DNA of 63,762 nucleotides, the filler included. It is 4 parts of 4 records of this genome, joined end to end, with 100 filler letters (N's around TTAATTAATTAA, not from the genome) between each part and the next. Parts side by side here need not be neighbours in the genome. Positions count along the whole stretch, not along the records: positions 1 to 21,347 come from DRR378314_635; 3 more parts are not named here. The stretch is one strand, 5' to 3'. Below the pieces are notes generated by a model that was not told the DNA's origin, searched no databases, and saw nothing but the letters and a program-made list of their open reading frames with translations. The translations under genes and the position numbers were made by a program. Positions 1-9,195 of the stretch are shown here, one piece after another (position 1 is the stretch's first letter; every line of letters begins with the position of its first letter).

Positions 1-37
1 GTCAAGGTAGCGCTCTAACCAACTGAGCTATGGTCCT
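1..37 (-). tRNA. tRNA-Val(GAC), 5' half only (cut by window edge)
   Basis: Reverse complement reads AGGACCA-TA-GCTC-AGTTGGTTA-GAGC-G-CTACC-TT-GAC: acceptor 5' strand, D-arm and anticodon stem 5' strand ending in anticodon GAC. Confidence 0.85.
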
Positions 38-92
38 GTGTCCTGCAACGGGGTGGAAATATACTGATTCCGATGGGCGTGGTCAACCTCTT

Positions 93-1049
93 TCAGGCGC
101 TTTTCTGCTTTCTCGCCCAGCCTTTGACCGCCTTGCTGATCACACCCCAGCGATTGATCAGCAGTGACAGGAATATCAGCCCACAACCGGCCAGTTGTAT
201 GGCGGACATGGATTCACTGAACCAGCCCGCGGCGAACAACGCGACCCACACCGGCTCCAACACCAGGATTACAACCCCGTGGCTGTGGGTGGCAAGGCTC
301 TGGGCGTAGGTCTGCAACAGAAACCGGCCCGCCGTGCCGACGATGGCACTGGCAGCCACCCAGAGGGCGAGCATGCCCGAGAAGTTGTTCAGGGTCGGCG
401 CCCAGGGCTCCAGCAGTGCGGACTCGGTCAGGGTGACGGTGCCCACGGTGAGCAGCGCGATGGCGGTCAGGGGCAGGGCAGGAACGCGGTGTTTTTCCAC
501 GGTCTCTCCCCGGCGATTGACGACGGTGCGTTGATTGGCCGCGCGCGTGTTCAGGGTGAAATACAGCGCGAAGATAAAGGCCGCGACCACAAAGAATACC
601 TGCCCAATCTCCGGCCGGAACCCATTTTTCAGCGACAGCAGCGCGAGACCGCCCACCGCGACGGGTATCGCGCACCAGGTGCTTAAAGGCTGCGCTTCCT
701 GAAAGACAACCCGGGCTATCACCGGCACGATGACGACGCCAAGACTGGTCAGGAAGGCACCTTCTCCGATGTGAGTGACGTGAAACAGCCCCATCACCCA
801 ACAGCTCATGGCCACCCCGAACACCAGCCCGACGCCCGCACTGCGCTTGAGCTGGTCAAGGCTCAGCCGTCTCAACGACGGCCAGGCAATCGCAGCCAGT
901 AACGAACCGGCGAGCAGGAAACGCAGGGCCATGAACATCAGGGGCGGCATCAGCAATACCGCTTCCTTGGAAAACATCCAGCTGATCGCGGCCATCAAGG
1001 TGACAACTACCAGTAGCAAGTCGGATTTATGGGTGTTCGAGAGGGGCAT
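93..1049 (-). CDS. DMT/EamA family transporter
   Basis: 318 aa, about 10 hydrophobic segments in two repeats, motifs 'LRFLLAG' and 'LEPVWVALFA'. Confidence 0.9.
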   Translation of the reverse strand: MPLSNTHKSDLLLVVVTLMAAISWMFSKEAVLLMPPLMFMALRFLLAGSLLAAIAWPSLRRLSLDQLKRSAGVGLVFGVAMSCWVMGLFHVTHIGEGAFLTSLGVVIVPVIARVVFQEAQPLSTWCAIPVAVGGLALLSLKNGFRPEIGQVFFVVAAFIFALYFTLNTRAANQRTVVNRRGETVEKHRVPALPLTAIALLTVGTVTLTESALLEPWAPTLNNFSGMLALWVAASAIVGTAGRFLLQTYAQSLATHSHGVVILVLEPVWVALFAAGWFSESMSAIQLAGCGLIFLSLLINRWGVISKAVKGWARKQKSA

Positions 1050-1175
1050 TCACGACCGCCTTACAGAGGATGAACGTTGGCGCGACAGCGGCGGAGTTTA
1101 TCACGGGCGGGTGAGAATGGCTCCTCCATGAGCCGGTTGGTACTCCTTTAGACGGTTGGGTCCATCTGGGTATGT

Positions 1176-2261
1176 CTAGTTGTTCAGCGTGTTGTAGACC
1201 AGGGTGGACATATCGGTCTGGTCCGAACCGGGCACTTCGATGTACCGGTCACCAGAACCCCAGAACTTCCACCAAGGGCGCTGGTTGTATGTGCGGCTGG
1301 CGAAATCGACGCGCAACCCGTTGAGCGTTGTGTTGTTCACCACGGGTACCGAGATGTTTCCGGTTTCCGACCCCAGAACGCCGCTATGGGAAGCCCCTTC
1401 GTTCATCAGGATCGGGAAGTGGTTGTAGTAAAGCGCCGAGGGGCCATCCTGGCTTGACACCTTGCCCGCCAGGCTCAGGTTCGAACTGCAGGAGTCGATG
1501 CCGTTACTGGTGGTGGCGCCACAGGCGGAGTGGGTGGGTACCACGCCGTCGTCGGTCCCGGAAATAAAGGGCTTGGTGATGCCGCCATAGGACGAGCCGC
1601 CGGCCACAAACCGCAGTCGCGGAATGTTGTTGGGGCTGACGGCAAGGTTGCGTGCGGCGTTGGTCTGCAGATCATTAACGACGCCGAGGCTACCTGGCTC
1701 TGGGTTGATGCCGGTGAAGGCTCGAACCGCCTGTTTGAGTGGCCAGTTGTACCAGCTGTCGTTGTAGGCAACGCTCAGGGCCAGGTCGGCCAGTTCGGTA
1801 CCACCACCGGCTCCGGAGTAGTCGATCGACGCTAGTATTTTCAGCGGCTGCAATCCGTCAGCCTGAAGCCAGCGGGCCTGATTTTCCAGGAGGTAGCGGG
1901 TGACCAGGTCGCCTGTGGAATGGGACACCACAATGCAGAAATCGTTGCACAGCCCCTGTTGGCTGATGTCTCGCAACTGCTGATAGGCCTGCTGGGCGAT
2001 ATTTCCTTCTACCCGGCCATCGCTGCCCCAGTCTACGCGGGCATCGGAACGGGACAGCCAGAAGGTGCGCCAGTAGTCTTCGCCAGCACTCTTGACCTCG
2101 CTGAGGTTGGCGGGTGGATCGGCCAGGTCTTCCTGCTGGAAACCGTGAACCAGGATCACGTTGTGGCCAGCAAGCTGGGCCTGGGCGGTGCCGGCGAACA
2201 CCCCGCCGGCTATGGCGACCGCAAGAGCGGTCTTACAGGCACTTCTCTTTCTTGTTTTCAT
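1176..2261 (-). CDS. secreted alpha/beta-hydrolase (lipase-like)
   Basis: Signal peptide ending AQA, oxyanion motif VILVHGF, nucleophile elbow SHSTG, DDGVVP, and a late His (SHSG). Confidence 0.75.
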   Translation of the reverse strand: MKTRKRSACKTALAVAIAGGVFAGTAQAQLAGHNVILVHGFQQEDLADPPANLSEVKSAGEDYWRTFWLSRSDARVDWGSDGRVEGNIAQQAYQQLRDISQQGLCNDFCIVVSHSTGDLVTRYLLENQARWLQADGLQPLKILASIDYSGAGGGTELADLALSVAYNDSWYNWPLKQAVRAFTGINPEPGSLGVVNDLQTNAARNLAVSPNNIPRLRFVAGGSSYGGITKPFISGTDDGVVPTHSACGATTSNGIDSCSSNLSLAGKVSSQDGPSALYYNHFPILMNEGASHSGVLGSETGNISVPVVNNTTLNGLRVDFASRTYNQRPWWKFWGSGDRYIEVPGSDQTDMSTLVYNTLNN

Positions 2262-2290
2262 AAAGGCTCCGTCTTTGTTTTATTGTTGTA

Positions 2291-3361
2291 TCAGAACTTG
2301 TCTGCCAGCTTTTGCAGCAGCGCAGCACGTTGTTCTGATTCTGGATCACCAGCCGGGCTGTCGGTCAGACCGTCCAGATCCGGTGGCGAAAACGAATAGC
2401 CATCCTCAGGGCCAAAGCCATAGTCGGTGCGGTCACCGGGCGAGGCGGGCAATCGCCGGATCTGCAGGTTGCGCAGTTCCAGGTTGCCAGTGATCTCGCG
2501 AGGGGCCAGCACCGAGCCGTGGGCTTTGAGCTCCAGGGTGTCGGTGGTGCCGTCGAGTCGCCGCTCCGTCTGCAGCTGCGCGAGAGCGCCACCGTTGTGG
2601 TAAAGCTGAGCGGAGAGGGCGTAAAAACCGGGCTCTTTGGCATCGAAAAGAACCGGTATGATCAGGTCGTTGTTGCTCACCCGCGGGTCTCCCAAGCCAT
2701 CGAATTCCCCCAGGTCCGGCTCGATGGTCAGGGTGGACGCGTGACGCACGGGTTTTCCGTCAATGCTCGCTTCCACGATCAAACGGTATTCACCAGGGTC
2801 TGCGTCTGCCGCTATGACCCCTTCATAGTACGGGCCACCTGATTCGTTCGTGAGGGTGGCACTGGCAAGCGCCTGGCGGGATTCCGCCGACTCAAGGGTC
2901 GCATCCAGGCTTTGCCCCACCACCTGCGAGCCGGTAATACTCGCTGCCACCAGGATGTCTTCCTCCTGAACGAACCGGTATTTCTCAAGCGTGACGGTAA
3001 ACCGGCCACCTCCATCGAGCGGAAGTTCTACGGGATCGAAGCGATTGCCGGCATAGGCCCTGGCCTGGTCTTCAGAAATGGGAATGGAGTAGGTGGGGTA
3101 GCGTATGTTCTGTTGATACTCGGCTGCGGCACTGGCAAGCATGAAGCCAACCGCATCGTTGGAAGGCTCCGTCTTCTCCGGCACCGGTGGCGATACCGGT
3201 TCCGATTGCGGCCGGGCATTGTCTGTTTCAGGCGGCGGAGGGCTAGGGTCTTCGCGGGTTATCCAGGAAAACCGGGCCGTGTTATCAGCCGACAGAAGGT
3301 ACCCCAGGCCAACGGCGCCGGACACAGTGACTAGTAGGGCCAAGAGCAACCGAAGTGGCAT
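2291..3361 (-). CDS. hypothetical N-terminally membrane-anchored periplasmic protein, co-oriented upstream of the lipase
   Basis: N-terminal hydrophobic helix, Pro-rich linker, then acidic beta-rich body; 29-bp gap to the lipase gene. Confidence 0.7.
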   Translation of the reverse strand: MPLRLLLALLVTVSGAVGLGYLLSADNTARFSWITREDPSPPPPETDNARPQSEPVSPPVPEKTEPSNDAVGFMLASAAAEYQQNIRYPTYSIPISEDQARAYAGNRFDPVELPLDGGGRFTVTLEKYRFVQEEDILVAASITGSQVVGQSLDATLESAESRQALASATLTNESGGPYYEGVIAADADPGEYRLIVEASIDGKPVRHASTLTIEPDLGEFDGLGDPRVSNNDLIIPVLFDAKEPGFYALSAQLYHNGGALAQLQTERRLDGTTDTLELKAHGSVLAPREITGNLELRNLQIRRLPASPGDRTDYGFGPEDGYSFSPPDLDGLTDSPAGDPESEQRAALLQKLADKF

Positions 3362-3509
3362 CTTTGGATCCTTGTTGGAGGCATTCTATGGCGCGAACGC
3401 CATTATTTTTGTTGTTCTCTTAACATAACGGGCCAATCTCGCTTTCCGCAAAAAATTGGCCCCTTTGTGTAACGAAATGTGTCTAGGGTGTGATGGTGTT
3501 CACACTACA

Positions 3510-4112
3510 TCATAGCCAACCGGACTCTTTCACGGCTTCCAGGCCGAATCTGAGTCGAACGGCATCCCCCACGAGGTCCTGATCGATGCCGTAGGTCATG
3601 CCCCATTCGCTGCGCTTGATGGTGGTTTCGGCGGTCATGCCGAGGGTGTAGTCCTCGTGGCCGATCGGGTATTTGGCGGATTTGTTAAGGGTCACGTCTA
3701 CCTCCACCGGGCGGGATTTGCCCAGTAGGGTCAGGTCGCCGATCACAATCCCGGTGTTGTCGCCGGTGGATTCGAAACCGGTGATCTCAAACGTGATATC
3801 CGGAAATTTCCCGCTGTTGAGAAAATCCTCGTTGCGCAGGTGGCCATCCCGCTTTTCGTGGTTGGTGAACACGCTCTTGCTTTTGAAGGTCAGCGTGCCG
3901 GAGGTCACCTGTTGGGTTTCCTCGTCGTACTCGAATTGTCCTTCCACATCCCGAAACATGCCCATTACCGGCGCGTAGCCAATGTGGTTTACTTCAAACG
4001 ACATCGAAAAATGCTCATCATCAATGACGTAGGTTTCCGGCTCGGCCACCGCACCGGGCGCAGTCAGTACCAGCGAAGCGGCCAGTGCTGTGGTTGATAG
4101 CAACGTCTTCAT
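3510..4112 (-). CDS. YceI family lipid/polyisoprenoid-binding periplasmic protein
   Basis: Likely start MKTLLSTT at 4112; signal peptide; motifs YVIDDEH, RDGHLRNEDFL, GDLTLLG, IKRSEWGM. Start overlaps the stop of the upstream gene (ATGA). Confidence 0.9.
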   Translation of the reverse strand: MKTLLSTTALAASLVLTAPGAVAEPETYVIDDEHFSMSFEVNHIGYAPVMGMFRDVEGQFEYDEETQQVTSGTLTFKSKSVFTNHEKRDGHLRNEDFLNSGKFPDITFEITGFESTGDNTGIVIGDLTLLGKSRPVEVDVTLNKSAKYPIGHEDYTLGMTAETTIKRSEWGMTYGIDQDLVGDAVRLRFGLEAVKESGWL

Positions 4113-4834
4113 GTCTGTCTCCCTGTTTGATAAAGCCAGCGCAGATCTGTAAAAAACGAATAGCAGAGCAGCGCCAGCGCGATCGCGAGTGTGACAGCTG
4201 CAAAGCTGGCCGGTGTAACCGGCAGTATGGCAATCATCAGAGTAACCACCTGCCACACACAAACGGTTTTACGACGAAAGCTGTCGGGTAGCGGCCGCTC
4301 CATGAAACGAAACCAATGGCCCGCGGCAACAAAGGCGTATCGCATCAACCCCAGTGCCAGAACCCATGGGCCTGCCTTGTCCTGGCCAAGAACCGCAACG
4401 CACAGTCCGAGAATGAACAGGGCGTCCAACTCCATGTCGAACCGGGCGCCAAACGCCGTCGTGGAATGGGTAGCCCTGGCGATGGCGCCATCCACGCCGT
4501 CAAGAATCAACGCCAGTAAACAGAGAGACCCGTACAGCCATAGCCAGTTCCCCAGGTTTGCACTGAACGGCGCCAGGCTGGCCAGGACGATGACCAGGGA
4601 GGCACGCACCAGGGTTGCACGATTAGCCCAGCCGAGGTCAAATCCTGCTGGCCAAAAGTGCATGACGGGCACTGCGATCGCAATGCTGAGCACGATGGCG
4701 AGCGCATAAAAGCCAATCGGTGGTTGGAATCCGATACCGGTTGAGGCCACCATGAGCGCCGTCAGAACGCCACACCAGGCAAGATCGAGCGCCAAAGGCA
4801 AGCGGAACGTGTGGGATCGGGAATCCATCATCAA
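4109..4834 (-). CDS. CDP-alcohol phosphatidyltransferase family protein
   Basis: Signature D-G-V-D-G-A-I-A-R...F-G-A-R-F-D-M-E-L-D, upstream 'ANRATLVR', multiple TM helices. Confidence 0.9.
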   Translation of the reverse strand: MMMDSRSHTFRLPLALDLAWCGVLTALMVASTGIGFQPPIGFYALAIVLSIAIAVPVMHFWPAGFDLGWANRATLVRASLVIVLASLAPFSANLGNWLWLYGSLCLLALILDGVDGAIARATHSTTAFGARFDMELDALFILGLCVAVLGQDKAGPWVLALGLMRYAFVAAGHWFRFMERPLPDSFRRKTVCVWQVVTLMIAILPVTPASFAAVTLAIALALLCYSFFTDLRWLYQTGRQT

Positions 4835-4901
4835 ACACCAGCGTATGAATGTGCGTGTATCTACTATAGTGAATTACGTGCGCTGTAAGGAAACAGACGA
4901 T

Positions 4902-5900
4902 ATGACAAAGGCATTTTGGGTTACCGGGCCCGGGGAAGGGGTCATTCGCCCAGCGACTTATAATCACTGCCTGGCGGAAGGTGACGACACGCCAGCCGTG
5001 GCGGTTCGGGCGCTATTCTCCGGTGTCAGCCGCGGTACCGAATCGCTGGTATTCAACAACCGTGTGCCCCCCTCTGAATACGATTCAATGCGCGCCCCTT
5101 TTCAAGAAGGGGATTTCCCATTTCCGGTCAAGTACGGCTATGCCAGCGTTGGCCGCGTGGTGTCCGGCCCCGATTCCCTGGCCGGACAGTCGGTTTTCTG
5201 CCTGTTTCCCCATCAGGACCAGTATCAGGTCCCCGCATCCGCCGTTGTTCCCTTGCCGCACGGCCTCCCGGAATCCAGAGCGGTATTGGCCGCCAACATG
5301 GAAACCGCCGTTAACGGTCTTTGGGATGCCTCACCAAGAGTGGGGGATCGGATTGCGGTGGTCGGCCTCGGGGTCGTCGGTCTGTTGGTTGCGTGGCTGG
5401 CCAGTCGCATACCGGGTACTCGCGTTACCGCCGTCGATATCAACCCGCACCGGAAAGCGATCGCGCAATCCCTGGGGCTGGATTTCCAGACCCATTGCGA
5501 CCAGGACGATCACGATCTGGTCATCCATGCCAGCGGTCATCCGACAGGGCTTGACGCCGCTCTTGCACTGGCGGGGCAGGAAGGTCGGATTATTGAAATG
5601 AGCTGGTATGGCGAGCAGCCCGTGCCGGCATCCCTGGGCCGTGCATTCCATTCCCGTCGGCTGACGATCCGGTCAAGTCAGGTTGGCAACCTTCATCCCG
5701 AGCAGCGACCGCGCTGGTGCTACCGGGACCGAATGTCGCTGGCCCTGGAACTATTGCGGAATGATGTCCTGGATCTTCTGATCAGTGGTGAAACCGACTT
5801 TGAATCGCTGCCGGAGGTTATGCCAGCACTTGCTGCAAACGGGGCAGGCGGAATGGCCGCCGACACCCTGTGCCATCGCATTGTATACCCGGAAAACTGA
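4902..5900 (+). CDS. medium-chain dehydrogenase/reductase (zinc-binding ADH-like family)
   Basis: Likely start MTKAF at 4902 after AAGGA; SGVSRGTE and YGYASVG at the positions of the usual Zn-ligand motifs; Rossmann VGLGVVG. Confidence 0.85.
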   Translation: MTKAFWVTGPGEGVIRPATYNHCLAEGDDTPAVAVRALFSGVSRGTESLVFNNRVPPSEYDSMRAPFQEGDFPFPVKYGYASVGRVVSGPDSLAGQSVFCLFPHQDQYQVPASAVVPLPHGLPESRAVLAANMETAVNGLWDASPRVGDRIAVVGLGVVGLLVAWLASRIPGTRVTAVDINPHRKAIAQSLGLDFQTHCDQDDHDLVIHASGHPTGLDAALALAGQEGRIIEMSWYGEQPVPASLGRAFHSRRLTIRSSQVGNLHPEQRPRWCYRDRMSLALELLRNDVLDLLISGETDFESLPEVMPALAANGAGGMAADTLCHRIVYPEN

Positions 5901-5932
5901 CTCCCATTATCTGCAACGAGGACCCACAACGC

Positions 5933-6331
5933 ATGTTCAGCCTTACCGTCAGAGACCATATGATGATCGCCCACAGCTTTAACGGTGACATTTTCGGCCC
6001 CGCCCAGGGCCTTCACGGTGCCACCTATGTGGTCGATGTCACCTTCGAGCGGGAAGCCCTCGACAGCGACGATCTGATTGTCGATATCGGGTTGGCCTCC
6101 GAGGTTTTGTCGTCGGTCGTTGCTGAGTTCAATATGAAGAACCTTGACGATATCGAGGAATTCTCCGGGCGCAATACCACGACCGAGTTTATGGCTGTGA
6201 CGGTGTTCGAACGGATGGCTGCAGCCATTCGCCAGGGCCAACTGGGCGAAACCGGCAAAGGCCTGTGTGCCATGAAGGTCACCCTTGGCGAATCCCATAT
6301 TGCGTGGGCCAGCTACCATGGCAAACTCTGA
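5933..6331 (+). CDS. 6-pyruvoyl-tetrahydropterin synthase / QueD-like (COG0720) protein
   Basis: Likely start MFSLTVRDHMMIAHSF at 5933; T-fold motifs AHS, FGPAQGLHGATY, NTTTE, LGES. Lacks the Cys-x3-HGH of canonical QueD. Confidence 0.85.
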   Translation: MFSLTVRDHMMIAHSFNGDIFGPAQGLHGATYVVDVTFEREALDSDDLIVDIGLASEVLSSVVAEFNMKNLDDIEEFSGRNTTTEFMAVTVFERMAAAIRQGQLGETGKGLCAMKVTLGESHIAWASYHGKL

Positions 6332-8264
6332 GCCGCTGACGTCGGTGTTGTTCGTTGTTCCGGGCGACCCGGAGCAGAAAACCGGCGGTTATCGGTACGT
6401 CCAACGGGTTGCCCGGGGGCTCAGGGACAATGGCGTGGCTGTGACAGTCACCGGCCTGCCTGGAAGCTTCCCCGTGCCCGACCGGATGGCAGAGGTAGAA
6501 ATGGATGCCCTGTTGGCAGACCTTCCGGACGATTCGGTGGTTGTGCTCGATGGGCTTGCCATGGGCGGCCTGCCGGATATCGTGGGGAGCCATGCCGCAC
6601 GCTTGCGGATGATATCCCTGGTTCATCATGCCCTCGCTGACGAAACGGGATTGCCCGAGGACGTTCGTGACTGGCTCATGCGGGTTGAGCGCAGGGCACT
6701 GTTCCACGTGACCGGAGTGATCACCACCAGTGAACACACGGCAACGCGGTTAAGGGATTTTGACGTACCGGCCGCCGCGATTCGGGTGGTGGAACCAGGC
6801 GCCGACACTGTCGTCAGCTATGGCGCTTCAGCGCCTCCCGCGAAAACAACGGAGGGGTGCCTGAACCTGCTCTGCGTCGCCCATCTCTCGAAGCGCAAAT
6901 CACAGCACCACCTTGTAGAAGCCCTGGACGGTCTCAGGAAGTACGCGTGGCATTGCACCCTCGCAGGTTCCGTGGATCGCGACGAGGACTATGGTCGCCA
7001 AATACTCGGTATTGTCCAGAACCTGGGGCTTGAAGACCGGATCAGTCTGGCGGGGGAACTGGATGACCGGGAACTGGCCAGGGCCTACCATGAGGCGGAT
7101 GTATTCGTGCTGCCGTCGGTCTATGAAGGGTACGGAATGGTCATTGATGAGGCGATTGCGGCGGGCTTGCCGGTGATCACCAGCGATGGTGGCGCCCTCG
7201 CCAGAACCGGTTGCAGGCCCGGTGTGCGGCAGTACCCGGCCGGCGACGTGCCGGCGCTCATGCGCTGCCTGGAAGACTGGCTGACAAACCCGGATGCCTT
7301 GGATGAGGCGACTGCCCAGGCACGGCAGGCCTCGGGTTCACTTCGAAGCTGGCAGAGCACAGCGAACGCCTTCCAGAGCGCACTGCAGGAGCTGCTGCCA
7401 CCACCCGACCCGACTACGTTCGACAGTCACTGGCTGGCGCTGCGTGAGCCGGCGGATCATCGGGCCCGCAATAGGAACCTGCTCTCGGAGGTGCAGGCGT
7501 GGGCGGAGAGGGACTACTGTTGCCCGGACGCCCTGAGTGGTCATCACGCATCGCCACTGCTCATTGCAGACCTCGGTACGGGCACCGGCTCCAACGCCCG
7601 TTATCTCGTACCGGCAATGACCGTGCCGCAGCGTTGGGTGTTGCTGGACCAGGATGAACATCTTCTGTCCATTGCCCGGGAGCGCCTGGACCATCTGGAC
7701 GTCCCTGTGGAAACCCACACCTGCCACCTGAGTGCCACACGGCTTGCCGGGCAAATTCCGGATGGAACCCGATTGCTCACAGCCTCGGCGCTGATTGACC
7801 TGATGTCCGAAGAGTGGCTCGACGCATTGGCGGCCGCCGCCGCCAGAAGCGCTGCCGGCGTATTTATTGTATTGAGCTACGCCGGGGGCTTTGAGTTGTC
7901 ACCCCAGGACCGGGACGACCACTGGATACGCGACACCGTAAACAGGCACCAGCACAGCGATAAGGGCGCTGGTGCCGCTCTGGGCCCCTCAGCGACCGGC
8001 TATCTCAAGCAACAACTGAAGGACCGGGGCTATCAGGTATCCGTGGCGCCAAGTCCATGGCAACTGGCAACAGGCGAAGACGCCCTGCAGCGAGCCTTGC
8101 TCGAGGGATGGCGAGAGGCGGTGATGCAGCAGGAGCCAGGCGCACATGAGCGTGCAGAGCGTTGGTTTGCGCTACGCCTTAAACAGGCTGAGGAACAACG
8201 GTTATCGATTCGGGTGGACCACGAAGACCTGTTCGCCCGGCCGTCCGTCCCAGGCCTGTCCTGA
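6318..8264 (+). CDS. fusion of a GT4 glycosyltransferase and a class I SAM-methyltransferase-like domain
   Basis: N-half has TGGYRY and 'VFVLPSVYEGYGMVIDEAIAAGLPVI' (GT4 ExxGxxxxE); PPPDP linker; C-half has 'WLALREPADHRAR' and 'DLGTGTGSN' (motif I). Confidence 0.85.
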   Translation: MANSEPLTSVLFVVPGDPEQKTGGYRYVQRVARGLRDNGVAVTVTGLPGSFPVPDRMAEVEMDALLADLPDDSVVVLDGLAMGGLPDIVGSHAARLRMISLVHHALADETGLPEDVRDWLMRVERRALFHVTGVITTSEHTATRLRDFDVPAAAIRVVEPGADTVVSYGASAPPAKTTEGCLNLLCVAHLSKRKSQHHLVEALDGLRKYAWHCTLAGSVDRDEDYGRQILGIVQNLGLEDRISLAGELDDRELARAYHEADVFVLPSVYEGYGMVIDEAIAAGLPVITSDGGALARTGCRPGVRQYPAGDVPALMRCLEDWLTNPDALDEATAQARQASGSLRSWQSTANAFQSALQELLPPPDPTTFDSHWLALREPADHRARNRNLLSEVQAWAERDYCCPDALSGHHASPLLIADLGTGTGSNARYLVPAMTVPQRWVLLDQDEHLLSIARERLDHLDVPVETHTCHLSATRLAGQIPDGTRLLTASALIDLMSEEWLDALAAAAARSAAGVFIVLSYAGGFELSPQDRDDHWIRDTVNRHQHSDKGAGAALGPSATGYLKQQLKDRGYQVSVAPSPWQLATGEDALQRALLEGWREAVMQQEPGAHERAERWFALRLKQAEEQRLSIRVDHEDLFARPSVPGLS

Positions 8265-8265
8265 C

Positions 8266-9195
8266 GTGTCTCGCCTGCACCAATCCCCGTATCTTCGGTG
8301 GTGTATCACTCTGATACTGCTGCTGGCCACAGCTTACTTCCTGGATCTGTCGGTTCTCTGGCAGGAACTGGCCCAGTTCTCCTGGCTTGCGTTGTGGGCG
8401 GCCATGGGGGTTTCCGTCGTGCAGGTGCTGCTGTCGGCCTGGCGTTGGTGCTATACGGCCCGTCGGCTGGACCTGGCATTGCCCATGCCGGTGGCGGTCC
8501 GGGAATACTATCTGGCCACCTTCCTCAATCAGGTGCTCCCGGGCGGCGTGTTGGGTGACGTTAACCGGGCATGGCGTCATGGTCTCGACTCGGGTGCCCG
8601 CCTTGCCTCGCTGCACGCGGTCATGATCGAGCGCCTGTCTGGCCAGTTGGTGATGACGGCGGTCGCGCTAAGCCTGGGAGGCTGGCTTGCCTGGTCTCGG
8701 GACGAGGTGCGAGGGGCCTTCTCCGGTGTGGGAGAGCTCATTTTACTGATGCTGGCGGGTTTGGTAGCCGGCGTTTTGTTGCTGCCACGGCTTTGGCAGC
8801 GGGCGAGACGTTATGTTCAAGCCCTGCGTCGGGACCTTCAAAGGGCGCTGTTGCAGTGGCCGGCCCTGGGTGTGCAGATGGTCTCGTCTGCCGGCGTGGT
8901 CGCCAGTTACCTGGCTGTGTTCTCGCTACTGGCGCTTGGGGCGGGGTACTGGAGTGACGCGGCCACGGCGGTGGTTCAGGTCTCGCTGTGCAGCCTGCTT
9001 CTGCTGGTCATGGCCATTCCGGTGTCCGTCGCAGGCTGGGGGGTGAGAGAAGGCGCCGCAGCGGTGCTTTGGCCCCTGGCAGGGTTGCCGGCAGAGCAGG
9101 GTGTTGCGCTCAGTGTTGGCTATGGGGTAGCGGTGTTGCTGTCCAGCCTTCCCGGAGCGTTCTTCGTGTTCACCCGTCAGCAGCAGAGTGGCTGA
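8266..9195 (+). CDS. lysylphosphatidylglycerol-synthase TM domain (flippase-like, UPF0104) protein
   Basis: GTG start 1 bp after previous stop; motifs 'AWRW', 'FLNQVLPGGVLGDVNR', 'ERLSG', 'PVSVAGWGVREG'. Confidence 0.85.
   Translation: MSRLHQSPYLRWCITLILLLATAYFLDLSVLWQELAQFSWLALWAAMGVSVVQVLLSAWRWCYTARRLDLALPMPVAVREYYLATFLNQVLPGGVLGDVNRAWRHGLDSGARLASLHAVMIERLSGQLVMTAVALSLGGWLAWSRDEVRGAFSGVGELILLMLAGLVAGVLLLPRLWQRARRYVQALRRDLQRALLQWPALGVQMVSSAGVVASYLAVFSLLALGAGYWSDAATAVVQVSLCSLLLLVMAIPVSVAGWGVREGAAAVLWPLAGLPAEQGVALSVGYGVAVLLSSLPGAFFVFTRQQQSG

Noticed and set aside
3430-3462. GGGCCAAT/ATTGGCCC inverted repeat downstream of the YceI gene
   Set aside because: Large loop and no clear U-tract on the YceI strand; cannot distinguish terminator, operator or chance.
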